Source of the DNA: Cyanophora paradoxa CCMP329
Lineage: Eukaryota > Plantae > Glaucophyta
Assembly (NCBI GenBank): GCA_004431415.1
Contig: QPMI01000164.1
Span: 1 to 64,000, forward strand
Direction: 5' to 3'
Length of the DNA stretch: 64,000 nucleotides
Each line of letters begins with the position of its first letter. The stretch's first letter is position 1. The notes beneath the pieces were generated by a model that searched no databases, was not told where the DNA came from, and worked only from the letters and a program-made list of their open reading frames with translations. A program made the translations under genes and the position numbers. Below are positions 14,040 to 25,535 of the stretch, piece after piece.

Positions 14040-14350
14040 CCGGCCAGCGAGCCGCGGCGGCCCGGCGCCGAGCCGGCCGGCGGCGGGCGGCCGCCGCGGC
14101 CCAGCGCCGGCCGTGGGCGGCCGGGCGGCGCAACGCAGCGCGGCCGGCGGGCTCGGGCGGCGTCACACGCCGGCGCGGCCGGCCGGCGAGCCGCGGCGGC
14201 CCGGCGCCGAGCCGGCCGGGCGGCGGGCGGCCGCCGCGGCCCAGCGCCGGCCGTGGGCGGCCGGGCGGCGCAACGCAGCGCGGCCGGCGGGCTCGGGCGG
14301 CGTCACACGCCGGCGCGGCCGGCCGGCGAGCCGCGGCGGCCCGGCACCGG
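14040..14350. repeat. Extremely GC-rich ~140-bp tandem duplication (~2.2 copies)
   Basis: GCGAGCCGCGGCGGCCCGGC recurs at ~14047, 14186 and 14326 with near-identical intervening sequence. Confidence 0.85.
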
Positions 14351-16250
14351 GCGCCGGCGGGCGCCGGGCGGCACCGCACGCCGGCGGCCGCTCGGCGCGC
14401 GGCGGGCGGGCGGTGCGGCGGGCGGCGCGGCCGGCGGCGCGGCCAGCGGCGCGGCCGGCGGCGCGTGAGCGTGCGGGTGGCGCGGCGCCGCCCCGGCGCT
14501 AGCTAGCTAGCTCGCTAGCTAGTATATATGCATGATGCCAGCTAGCTACTGCCTGCTAGGGAGCCGCCGGCCTTTCTGTAGTGTGTGCAGAATACAGGTC
14601 TTGATTGCATACATGCAGCCTCGGGAGCTCAATCGCAGGGGCGGGGCGGCAAGCGGGTGCGGCGCGGGCGTGGGGCGGCCCGCCTGCAGCAGCTTGCTAT
14701 CTCTGTGTGCGCTGAGCGGGATGCGCTAAGCAGTTGGCTAGGCCCAGAGGCGCCCCAAGCAGAGAGGGACAGGCCCGTACGGCACCGTAGGGCGGCGGCA
14801 AGCGGGTGCCATTACGTACACAGCAGGCGCAGAGCCAGCGTAAGACAGAGAGAACAAGAGAACAAGGACGTCGACAGACAGCAAGCGAGCGCCGCGCAGG
14901 GCAAGCGAGGGCCCAGGGCTAAAATAAGCGGGCCAGTTGGCAACAACGTGGCACCAGGAATAGCAGGCTACAAAGGGTACAAGGCAAGGCAAGCTGCCGG
15001 CTTAGAGCCGACGACCAGGGCTAGCTGGAGTCGGAAAGTGGGCGGCACACGCTTCCCGCTACAAAAAGCCGTCCTCGGCGCTACGAGCTAAAGGCTGAAC
15101 TAAAGCTGCGTAGGCGAGGCTGAACGGACTACGAGCCAAAAGCCGGCTACCGTCCCTGCACAGAAAGCCGTCCTCGCGCCACAGCGGGCGGGCCAGAGGG
15201 GCAAATTAAAATCCATCAGGCCGTCGGCACCAGTATGAGGAACTGGGCCCAACAAGGGAAGTTGGGTGAGGGACCCACGACCTGACGCCAGAGCGCGCGG
15301 AGCGCCGCCAGCCAACCGGGGGCAAACCCTCTAAATCCCGCCGGAGGGGAAAACGAGTGCTAGCGCTAGCACTAAGCTCGAATTCGAAACCGGCGCCGCG
15401 CCACACGAGCCGCCGGGCCGCGGCGGCGCCGGGTCGAAAGTTCCACAGTGTAGAAGGTACTTGACGTAGAGTGTAGTAGTGTAGGACCGCAGGCTCGATC
15501 AGCAGAGCCGCAGCGGTAGAGTACGCGTTGCGGGCCAAGCTCGGCGCAGCTTGCCGCATTGCGTTGCCAAGTGACTCGGCCGGCGGAGTCACAAGGCGGG
15601 GCGATCGGTCAGCACAGTAGAGTGTGCAGCCGCGTACGCGTAGAGCAGGCAAGCCATGAAGAGTAGAGGCGGCGAGCCAGTCGTACGGGTCAGGCTCCGC
15701 AGCAGCAGCAGGCCACTGGTCGCATCATACAGACCCATCGCCAAGGATCCTCCACGATCGGACGGGATGGGATACAGCCATCGAGTCCGCCAGCGTACGC
15801 AGATGCAGCGCGTAGCCGGGCTTAGGCAGGCCACCATCGCGGGACAGGAGACAGCATCAGCGCGGCCCGGAATGATCATCGGTGCTCGCGTGATAGTCGT
15901 AGGCAAGACGTATGGACCTCTCAGCAGCGGAGAGTCGCAAGCGGAGGCTTGGTCGGAATCACCCGGACTAGAGCGCCGGTGCGTGCTGGCTTGGTCAGCG
16001 TGGAATCACCCACAGCTAAGCAGACCGAAACAGCGCTGGCGTCCAGCTGGCATCACCCAGCTGCCAGGTTCAACCGATGCACGGGAATCACCCGACGGGC
16101 CGACGCAGTCGACGCGCGAACGTGAAGACTGGTCGCGGGGCATCACCCAGTGCTGCTTGCTGACGCTCCTCAACAGACAGGTCCGCTGTCCGCCGTCCAA
16201 CTTTAGCTATGGCTGCTCACGTCGTCGTAGGACGTTCCAGAGCGCATCCT

Positions 16251-16712
16251 TTACGCTTCTGTTGACCTCCGCCCGCCGGACAGGCCTCGGTCAGACCTCC
16301 GCCCGCTGAACAGGCCTCGGTCGCTGATCAAACGCCCACGACAGGAAGAAAACGACAGTTCGCACACGCTTGAGATGTGCGTGAAGCGACTGACATCTGG
16401 CTTGACGAGCTGGACGTCCCGGAGAAGGGCAGCTACGTCGTCGGAGCCAGGGCAAGTCTTGGCATCTTGTCTGCCGACTAGGTGCGACAGTGCGCCCGGT
16501 AGGCTTGACAACAGATAGATGCGCTTCCTCGCATAGAGATCGCTGTCAAGTGGAGCTGCGCCGGCTTCCACTGACGCGTACGCAACCCGCAGAGCCGAGA
16601 GAGACGCGGAGCCGCACGTCCTCTGGATGCAGGTGGAGTCAAGTGGAGTGATCCTCACGAGGGATGCCACTCGCCGCCGCTGAGCGTGCCTCGGGAGGTC
16701 CGCAGGCGCCAC
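16251..16712 (-). pseudogene. Possible degenerate gag-like remnant inside the LTR element
   Basis: The ORF contains RIYLLSSLPGALSHLV, loosely like the retrotransposon gag LLxSLP motif. Orientation agrees with the PBS and PPT. Weak. Confidence 0.3.
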
Positions 16713-16935
16713 TGCAGCCGTCGTAGGTGAGACCTCGGCGCGTACTGGGGCCTTGTTATCCCAGGGGCTTTCACGTCGCAGCGGTTTGACTCCATGCGTT
16801 CTTCAGATACACTCGCCACCATTGAGCGTGCCTCGGGCTAGCCGGAGGTGCCATCGCAGCCGTCGTAGGTGAGACCTCGGGCGCGGACTGGGGCCATGTT
16901 ATCCCAGGGCATTCACGTCTTGGCGGGCTGACTCT
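16668..16935. repeat. Two diverged ~142-bp tandem units inside the LTR element
   Basis: CACTCGCC..TGAGCGTGCCTCGGG..GCAGCCGTCGTAGGTGAGACCTCGG..TGTTATCCCAGGG occurs at ~16668 and ~16810. Confidence 0.8.
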
Positions 16936-18188
16936 GTACTTTCTGCAGAGAGCAAAGATTGGTTGACTGGCGCTTCATAGCTGCCTTGCGAGCCTGGCAT
17001 GTCACGAGCATGCGGGCAACTCGACAAAACAAGACGACGACGAAAAGAAGGTATGTTTGTGAAGAATACTCAGTCAGACAGCTTTAATCATCATACCTCT
17101 CACTGCACGTGGACCAGGGAAGAAACGACATGCCACGACGACAACAAGATCATCATTCGATCGGCGTCAACACGCAATTCGATCGTAATGACGACGTGTG
17201 TAGATGTAGAGGGTGTTGCTCAACATACAATACATTTAGTAGTACGTTGTGGTGTCGTCCCCCGATACAATGCAATACAGTTTCACTCGACATGCGCGCG
17301 GGCTGCATCAGCATTTGCTCTTGAGCGCAGCCACGGCACGTTTAGATGACTGTGAGCGCATGCGGCTCAATAGACGGGTTGGCGGACGCTTCCCACTACA
17401 GAAAGAGTGGTGCGCCAGGTCCGTAAGCAAGAAAGGCGCAGTGGCGGGTGGAAAGGCATGAACCATGCGGTTCGTATTGCTAAGCTCTGCCGCATAGGCG
17501 CTTCCCACTACAAGAGAGTGGAGGCCGTACGCGCAAGCCGAGGCAAACGATGGCGTGCTTGTCTAGGGGTTCGGGCAAGAGCGCAGCGTTCGTCCCCAGG
17601 CATACGAGCTAAAAAGTCGAAGCCCAACGCAGCAGCCCCCATGCGCTGAGCGGGATGCGCTAAGCAGTTGGCTAGGCCCAGAGGCGCCCCAAGCAGAGAG
17701 GGACAGGCCCGTACGGCACCGTAGGGCGGCGGCAAGCGGGTGCCATTACGTACACAGCAGGCGCAGAGCCAGCGTAAGACAGAGAGAACAAGAGAACAAG
17801 GACGTCGACAGACAGCAAGCGAGCGCCGCGCAGGGCAAGCGAGGGCCCAGGGCTAAAATAAGCGGGCCAGTTGGCAACAACGTGGCACCAGGAATAGCAG
17901 GCTACAAAGGGTACAAGGCAAGGCAAGCTGCCGGCTTAGAGCCGACGACCAGGGCTAGCTGGGAGTCGGAAAGTGGGCGGCACATGTGACATCTATTCTT
18001 TCGCCGCATCAGTTCTATTTTCCAAATCCCTATTAATTTTATTTTAATAGAGTTCCCTGTCCGGTTTGACACATATTCGACATAGTTAGCGCATTTTTTA
18101 CTATGGCGCCACAGAGATTTTTCTTCACATAGATAGGGCGTAACTCTGTAGCTAACATGTATGTTAAAAGGGGGGGTTTCTCCTAGTG

Positions 18189-18610
18189 ACGGGGCTGAGG
18201 GGCGCGGCGGGCGGCCGCATGCGCACCGAGGACCATCCCCTTGTGCGTGAAGATCTGCGGCGGCGCCGCGGTCGTTCAGGGCGCCGGGCCGCGCGGGCGG
18301 CGGGCGGGGAGGCAAAGGGCGCCCGCTCACCTGCGCGCGCGCGCCCGCTCGAGACGCGCCCCTCCGCCCCGCGCAGAGGCGCCGCGCGCGCACCCGCCCT
18401 TCGACGATCTCCACGAGCTCGTCCTGCGGCGCAGAGCGGCACGCGCGTCAGCCCGCCATGTCCGGTGTGGCCGCGGCCGCGTGCCGTGCGACGATGCTGC
18501 GCGCGATCAGGGACCGACGCGCGGGCCGCAGGCCAAAGGACGCAGCGTCCGCGGGCCTCGTGTCGGATGCAACCCTGACCGCTCTTCAGGTCCGCGCCCC
18601 CGGCCATGGC
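18189..18610 (-). pseudogene. 5' part of a spliced gene interrupted by the putative CACTA insertion
   Basis: Minus-strand exon-like pieces DELVEIVEGR and IFTHKGMVL are bounded by local-style introns (GTGCGC..., CTGAC...GCAG). The last intron runs into the CACTA terminus. Product unknown; start uncertain. Confidence 0.4.
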
Positions 18611-18681
18611 CACAGAGGCGCAGCGGGTATGTACATGTGGTGCTGCAGAAAGTACCATCGATGCGCAGATCAGCGGTCAAT

Positions 18682-20451
18682 ATGGCCAAATCCCTCCTCA
18701 ACATCGCATTGCAGACGTTGAACAATAGGCCTGGCGGGCGCAAAGCGCGAGGGGCGCTAAGAGGCGGCGCGGGCGCGCGCTCGAGCTCGATCAGGCGGCG
18801 AGCGCGGCCAGGGCGCGCGCACCTGGCCTGTAGTTGTCTGCGTCTTCAGCGTTACATACTTCTCGGACTGCGATATGATGACGGGCCGCCGCATGGACAT
18901 CGACCGCTGCGAGCGCGGTGCGTTGCTTGGCGATGTTTCGAGTCCGGCGGACCCGGTTGCATCGGCCATGCTGCTGGAGTCAGCAGCTGGAGCCGCAGGG
19001 CGGCGCGCGACCTTTTCTCTGAATAACCGGTATCCCCGACTCCAACCCCCCCGCGGCCTGTTCGCTTGCGGTGCAGCGCCCGGTTGTCATTCCGGGCCCG
19101 GCAGCACGCTGAGCAGCTCGAAAATCCCAGCATCTGCCCTACAGATACGCTCCTCGCTGTGGTCGATCCCAGCCCGCCGTTCGGCCGGCACAGGCTCGAG
19201 CTCGGCGGGCCCAGTTCGTGGAGCAGTGGCTTTAAGCGCCTGGTATGGAGTAGTCCCTCTGCGGCGCATCCCCGAGCTGCGGGGCAGGCCTCTTGCGAAT
19301 CCGTCTTCACGCCGCTCCGCTATGAGGACAGGAGCAGTGTCGCCGCTTCGAGGCTCAGCAGCCCAGCGTAGCTTATCTTCAAGCACCTAAAGCCCGAGCT
19401 GGGGTGGGGCCGCTCGCGGCGCGGCGCGATGCTCTTCCACGACAGCGCGCTCCAGGCGCTCTTCAGCCACGTCGTCTCCATATGGGAGATCGGTGCGCCC
19501 ACGCCTCGGGCCTGCGCTCCAGCGCGCTTCTACGAGCTGACGGGGGCGGGGGCAGACTCGCTGCGGGGGCAGTTCGTGGAGCGGGGCGGGGTGGAGGCGC
19601 TGGTGCGGGCGGCGGCGAGCGGGCCGCGCATGTCCAAGGCCGAGCGCCTGGCCGCCATCAAGGCCCTCCAGGCCGTCACCGCCGACGGTCCGCCCCGCCC
19701 CGCTGCCCCGCCGGGCGGGCGGGCGGGGGCGTGAAGGGGCGCGCGGGGGGCAGGGACGGAGTCGCGGCGGGTGCTGCGGAGCCTGCGCGCCCTCAAGGAC
19801 GTCCTCCTCCTCTCCCGCGACAACGACGACAGCGCCGAGGAGGTGCCCCGCCCCGCCCCCCGCACCTCTGCCCCCGCCGACCCCGCCCGCCCGCCCCCGC
19901 CCCCGCCCGCCCCCGCCCGCAGGAGTACCAGAGCTACAGTGAGACGGCCCCGCCCCGCCCCCGCCCCGACTCGACCCCGCCCCGCCCGCGCTGACGCGGC
20001 CTGCGGCAGTGCTGCTGGCGAACCTGGTGAAGATCGGTGCGCGCGGCGCTCTGCGGGGCGGCGGGGCGGGGCTGAGGCGGGGCGGGGCGCGGGGGGCAGA
20101 GGAGGGGGCGCGGCGGCTGGTGGCGGAGGGGATGGTCCCCGAGGTCTACGACGACCTCACCAACCCCGTCCGCCCGCCCCGGGGCCCCGGGGCCCCCGGC
20201 CCGCCCCGCGCCGCCTCACGCGTCGGGGCGGGGCGGCAGTTCGTGTCGAACCAGTACAAGGCGCCCGTCGCCACCTGCTTTGCCATGCTCGCCACCGTCG
20301 GTCCGCCCCGCCCCGTCCCCGCAAGCCCCGTCTGCCCGGCCCGGCCCGGCCCGAGGCTCTGGCCCCCGCAGAGGAGGGGGTGGAGGCGCTGCTGGACGTC
20401 GACGGCGTCGCCGAGCTCCGCCACATGCTCTCCTACCCCGTCCGGCCCCCG

Positions 20452-20484
<33 letters not shown>

Positions 20485-22766
20485 ACGCGGGGGCAGTACC
20501 CGGAGGTGCAGTACGCGGGGCTCCTCGGCCTCGCCTCCCTCGCCGCCGCCGTCCGCCCCGCCCCGCCCGCCCCGCCCCGCCCGCGCCTCCCAACGCGGCG
20601 CAGCGGGGTACGGGAAGCGGCTGGAGGGGGACCGCGCCCTCGAGGCCCTCGTGCCCCTCATCGCCCCCAACCAGGCCCGCCCCCCGCCCCCGCCCCGCCG
20701 CCCCGTCCCGCGGCTGAGGCGCGGGGGCGGGCAGGCGGAGCGCGTGCGGGCGCTGGCGGCGTCGGTGCTGGGGCCCTCGCCGGGGAGTCGGGGCGGGTGC
20801 AGGAGCTGCTGGGGAGCGGGGAGGCGGTGCACGCGCTGCTCGCCCTGCTCGAGCTCCGCCGCAGCCCGCAGGCCGAGCGCGCCGCCGTCCTCTGCCTCGC
20901 CGCCCTCGCCGCCAACCCCAAGTACCGGCCCCTGGTGGAGGAGCGGCATGGCCTCCTCGCCCTCCTCCCCTACACCCACGTCCGCCCCGCCCCGCCTGCC
21001 TGCCTGCGCCCCGCCCCGCGCCCCGCCGAGGGCCCCCGCGGGCGCAGCTGGCGGCGACGCCCGGGCGGGGGCGCGCTTCGATGGGGACCTCGCCGTCGCC
21101 GCCGCCAACGCCGTCCGCCCCGCCCCGCCCCGCCCCTGTGTCAGTGCGTGGGCCTGACGTCGGTGCAGCTGTGGCCGGACGACGAGGGGGGTCAGGCGAG
21201 CAAGGTCCGGGCCCTCGTCATGTGGCGCACCCGCGTCAGCCAGGCCGAGGATGCGGCGCGCCCCGCCCCGCCCCGCCCCGCCCCGCCCCGCCCGCCCCGC
21301 GTTGCCCGCGGCTGAGGCGGGCGCAGCGGGAGGCGGCGAGCGAGCGCCGCACGGGGCTGCTCCGGCCCCGCGCCCGCTGGCTCCGCGCCTTCCGCCGCAT
21401 GAAGGAGGCCCGCCCCGCCCGCCCCGCCCCCGCCCCGCCGCAGGCTGAGAGGCGCCGCAGAAGGGGCTGCTGGAGAGGGATGCCGGGGGCGAGGGGCCGG
21501 AGGCGGGGCCGAACGTGTCGGGGAGCGGGCGGCGGGCGGCGAAGCTCGCGGACATCGTCGACGAGCTCTACGAGGCCGTCCGCCCCGCCCCGCCCCGCCC
21601 CGCCCCGCCCCGCCCCGCCCCGCCTTCTCGGGCTGAGATGCTTGTGCGCAGCGGCAGCAGATGGTGCGGCAGGGGGGCATCCGGGAGGAGTCGGACGCGG
21701 AGGGCCGCTCCCTCGCCTCCCGCGCCCGCTCCCGCCTCGCCTCGCTCTTCGCGCCCCACGCCCGCCGCCCCGGCGACGAGGACGACGAGGAGGAGGGGGG
21801 CCAGCTCGAGCTGCCGGACCCCTACCGCCCCAAGCAGCCCGCCAGGCGCGGCGCCGCCGCCGACCCTCGCGAGGGCGACGCCGACGGGGGCGCGGCGGAG
21901 ACGGAGACGGAGGGCGAGGGTGGACCCGGCGCGGTGCGCCCGCGGCCGCCGAAGGAGGGGAAGAAGAACAACAGCGGGCGGCGGGGCGTGCGGGTGCGGC
22001 TCCCCGCCGGCGGCGGGGGCTCGTCGAAGGAGATCCCACGCGGGGACGTGGACGAGGACGGGGCCGGCGAGGCGCACGCGCAGCGCAGCCTCCGCGCCCA
22101 CTCCCACGCCGGCGGGGAGGCGGAGGCGGAGGGCGGGGGCCGGTCGGGGCGGAGCTGGGGGCGCGGCTGGCGGAGCGGCGGCGGGAGCTGCGGGAGGGGC
22201 GGGCGGCGGGGCGCCCGAAGAGCGCCTTCCGCTCCCACGCCGCCGACGAGGCCGACCCCGACGACGAGGAGGAGGGGGCGGGGGGCGAGGCCGGGCACGC
22301 CCCGCACCCGCCGCCCCACCCGCACCCGCACGGACACCCCCACCCGCACCGCCACCCGCACGGGGCGGGGGAGCAGCAGCAGCTGCTGCTGCAGCAGGCA
22401 GCGCAGGCCCAGGCGCAGGCGCAGGCGCAGGCGGCGCAGCTGGCCGGCCTCGCGGGGCTGCCCTTCGGCAACTGGCCGGCGATGCCCCCGCCCTTCGCCC
22501 CCGCCGGGCCCGCCCCGCAATTCTTCCCCGCCCCGCCCTTCATGCCGGCCCCCGGGCCCGGCTTCGTCCCGGCGTACCCCCCGGGGGGCCTCGCCCCGGG
22601 CGCCGTGCCCATGCCCTTCCTGCCCATGTCTATGCCCTTCTTCCCCTTCTCCCCTTTCGCTTTTCCCCTCGCCGCGCCCCAGGCGGGCCCCGCCCACGCC
22701 GTCCCGCCTCCGCCGCCCCTCGTCCGCCGCCAGCCGGCGCCCCCGCCCCGGCCCCCGCCCCGCCGC

Positions 22767-22816
<50 letters not shown>

Positions 22817-23829
22817 GCGGGCGGGGCGGGCGGACGCTGCTGCAGGAGGCGGCGGCGCTGCCGGCGGCCCTCGTGGCGCCCGTCCTCCCCGCAGCCGCCT
22901 CGGCCGCCTCCGCCCTCCGCTCCTGAACCTGCCGCCGGCCCTCGCCTCGCACCGCGCCGCCCTCGATGGCGGGCGGGACGGGACGCCCGACTCGGGGCAG
23001 ACGAGCGGGCGGCACGGGGTCGCCTTCGCGGGGAGGGCCCCCGCCCGCGCCGGCTGCGGCCCTCGCGCAGCGAGGCCGAGGCGGAGGCCGTGCGCGCCGC
23101 CCTGCGCGCCGCCGTCGTCCCAATCGCCAACCGCGCCCCGCCGAGCCCCCGGCCGCCCCGGACGCCCGCCGCGGGAGCGAGGACTCGGTGGCGGAGGGCG
23201 GGGTGGCGGCCCCCGCGGCGGGGCGGCCGGCGGGGCGGCACGCGCGGATGCACGCGGGGGCGCGGGAGCTCGCGGCGCCGGCCCCGCACGGGCCCGTCGC
23301 GCTGCCGCCCGGCCTGGAGCCGCTGGTGACGCCGCGGGGGCCGCCCCCGCGCGGGCGCCCCGCCTCCCCGCCGGCCTCCGACTTCTCCGCCGCCTCCGCC
23401 CCGCCCGCCCTCTTCAACCCCGTGCGCCCCGCCCCGCCCCCGCCCCGCCCACGAGCTTCCCCGCCCCGCGCCTGACGCGCGCGGCAGAGCCAGGCGCACG
23501 TGCCGGAGTGGCGGCGGGCGGCCAACCTCGACACCCTCGCCACTCCGCGCCCGCGGCGCCTGCCCCTCGCCGCCGCCGACGCCGAGCAGGCCTCGCCGCT
23601 GGGCGGCGGGGAGGGCGGGGCGGGGGCCTCGGGGGCGGCGGAGGGCGGCGTACGGCTGCCGATGATCATAGACCTGACGCGGGGCGGGCTGGGCGGGCGC
23701 GGCCTCCGCCGCTCTTTTGCCGAGCGCGCCGCCCGCGCCCCCGACCTCACCGCCCGTGCCCGCGCCCTCCTCGCCCCCGCCACGGGGCCCGGGCCCGGGC
23801 CCCCTCCCGCCCCGCTCACCGCCCGCTAG
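18682..23829 (+). CDS. Multi-exon ARM/HEAT-repeat protein with a long low-complexity (Pro/Gln/His/Ala-rich) C-terminus
   Basis: Spliced exons give armadillo-like repeats: LRGQFVERGGVEALVRAA, RRLVAEGMVPEVYDDL, EGVEALLDVDGVAELRHML, SGEAVHALLALLELRRSPQAERAAVLCLAALAANPKYRPLVEERHGLLALLPY. About 20 short introns. Start MAKSLLNIALQTLNN is inferred; stop TAG at 23829. A few apparent homopolymer frameshifts. Confidence 0.75.
22768..22815 (+). repeat. (CAG)16 microsatellite in the ARM gene (polyQ or polyA)
   Basis: 48 nt of uninterrupted CAG. Confidence 0.95.
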
Positions 23830-24132
23830 CTATCTCTCTGTGTAGGGCCCCCGACTGCTCGCCGCCATCTGTCGATATCCGCCATCTATTTCGCGTGTGC
23901 AGCGCTCTGTTCATTATTTAATCGATAATTTCAGCCGATCGACGTCGGACTGGGCGGGCGGGGGGGAGGGGGGGGGGGGGGGGGGGGGCGAGGGGGGATG
24001 GCGGAGCGGGGTTCCAGAAGGGGATCGGCGGCGGGCCTGCTGGAGGGGACCGGGGGAGGCCGGGCCCGGGAGATCTAGAGGGCCAATAAATACGTTGGAG
24101 CGGGGCGGGGGATCGGGGCCCCGAGGGGGCGG

Positions 24133-25346
24133 CTAGTAGCCGAGCTTGAGGCGGCGGGCGTGGAGGCGGGCGGCGTCGCGCTGCGCCTCGCGGAACTCGG
24201 CGGTGTGCGCCTGCAGCGCCTCCCGCGCCGCCGCCAGCTCCAGCCCCACCGCCGCCACGTCGTCCGCCTGCGCCTCCCGCGCCCTCTGCTGCGCCGCCGC
24301 CTCCTTCTGCGCCGCCTCGCGCCGGTGCTCCTCGAGCACCTCGGTTGCCTCGCGCCGCGTGTACGCCGCCGCCCGCGTGAGCTGCTGCTGGAAGGCCCGC
24401 GATTTCGTCTTCGCCGCCGCCATCGCCCGCTCGTAGCTCTCCACAGACGCCTCGTTCCGCGCGCTCTCCGCCCGCCCCGCCTCCCCCGCCCGCCGCCTCT
24501 CCTCCGCCAGCGCCTCCTGCCGGCTCTGCCCGCCCCGCCCCGCCCCGCTCGGCCTCCGGCGAGGGAGGGACAGGGCGGGGCGGGGCGGGGCGGGGCGGTG
24601 CGGACGGAGATGGCGGCGCGCTGGGTGGCGGCGGCGGCGGCGGCGGAGCCGCGCAGGGACCGCGTGGAGAGCTGCGCCCCCTCCGCCACCTTCGCCTGCG
24701 CCTCGTCCAGCTCCCCCCGCTGCGCCCGCGCCGCCGCCGCCCGCTGCTCCTGCAGCGACCGCGCCGACTCCTGCCTCGCAGGTCAGCCGCAAGCAGCGGC
24801 GGCGGCGGAAGGGCGGGGGGGCCGAGCGCGCCTGTATGGACTGCTGCAGGGACTGCCGGCGTGTGGCGGTGGCGAGCAGCTCCTGCTGCACCTCGCTCTC
24901 CAGGCCTCGGAAGCTCCCCCGCCTCCACTGCCGCTCCGACTCCCGCGCCGCCCGCGTCGCCTCCTCCTTCTCTTTCCTCCTCTGCGCGCTCTCCAGCGCC
25001 TGCGTGATCTTAAAGTCCTCCCTCTGATAGTGCTTCATCCTGCGCGGGCCATTCAGCCGCTGCGGCGCGAAGTACGCCACGGACGGCCTTGCCTGTTGTG
25101 CAGCTTCTGGAGTGCCAACGCTGGCACGGCGCGGGGGCCGGACAGCAGCTCCGCATGGTTGATGGGCCGGTCGTACTTCTCATTTCGCGTTGCCACGCAA
25201 GTGCAATCCCCCGTCTGGAGCCCCGGCGTCAGCATCGCGAAGCTAGTAGTTGCTACATGGAGCTATCCGTTGAAAGGGGCGTGGTCGCTTAGCTGAGCTA
25301 CAGCGCGTGATAGCGAGGCGCCCGGGCGCGGCTGGGAGCGCACCAT
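24133..25346 (-). CDS. Spliced coiled-coil protein of unknown function
   Basis: A/E/R/Q-rich heptad exons (KITQALESAQRRKEKEEATRAARE; YERAMAAAKTKSRAFQQQLTRAAAY; ELAAAREALQAHTAEFREAQRDAARLHARRLKLGY*) separated by typical GC-rich introns. 5' exons uncertain. Confidence 0.6.
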
Positions 25347-25535
25347 CTTGGTCTTGTTGCTGCAAGTACCCGGGTCCGTCTTGTTCCCCCCGACGGCTTG
25401 ATGGCTAGCTCAGTGGCTAGCCGGGCGGCTCAAGCCACATGCAAATTAAACTTTAAAGCTTTGATTTGCAATTGATCATGACGCTGCCAGGCTGTGGCAG
25501 CTGCAGAAGCCTAGCTACAGGCGCGGCCTCGGGCC

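Larger units (their letters stand above)
14708..17984 (-). mobile_element. Non-autonomous LTR retroelement (~3.28 kb) with near-identical LTRs
   Basis: Direct repeats 14708-15049 (342 bp) and 17642-17984 (343 bp) have TG...CA ends and differ only by one G in a run. 4-bp TSD TGTG (14704-14707, 17985-17988). On the minus strand, TGGGGGCT follows the 5' LTR (PBS-like; matches the first 8 nt of a tRNA-Pro PBS) and purine-rich AGCGGGAAGCG precedes the 3' LTR (PPT-like). No intact pol ORF. Confidence 0.85.
12750..18188. mobile_element. Right arm and terminus of a putative CACTA/En-Spm DNA transposon; left end not in the window and may include the 480-bp array
   Basis: 18177-18188 TTTCTCCTAGTG reads CACTAGGAGAAA on the minus strand, resembling CACTA TIRs (CACTA-N-N-AGAAA). 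It lies at an abrupt AT-rich to GC-rich boundary, with candidate TSD ACG (18189-18191). Subterminal-type motifs occur in both orientations: ATCT(A/C)TGTG at 12840 (+), 14699 (+), ~18110 (-), ~18127 (-); AACT(A/C)TGTAGCTAACAT(A/G)TATGT at 12761 and 18142. No transposase seen. Confidence 0.6.

Noticed and set aside
13776-14506. Long Arg/Gly/Ala/Pro ORFs as proteins
   Set aside because: These are stop-free frames expected from near-pure GC tandem repeats.
17389-17520. CACTACAGAAAG / CACTACAAGAGA as CACTA left ends
   Set aside because: They are copies of the LTR element's PPT-like motif, lie inside it, and have no matching TSD or partner TIR.
18150-18187. Helitron 3' end (CTAG|T)
   Set aside because: No GC-rich subterminal hairpin; the longer CACTAGGAGAAA match and bidirectional subterminal motifs fit CACTA better.
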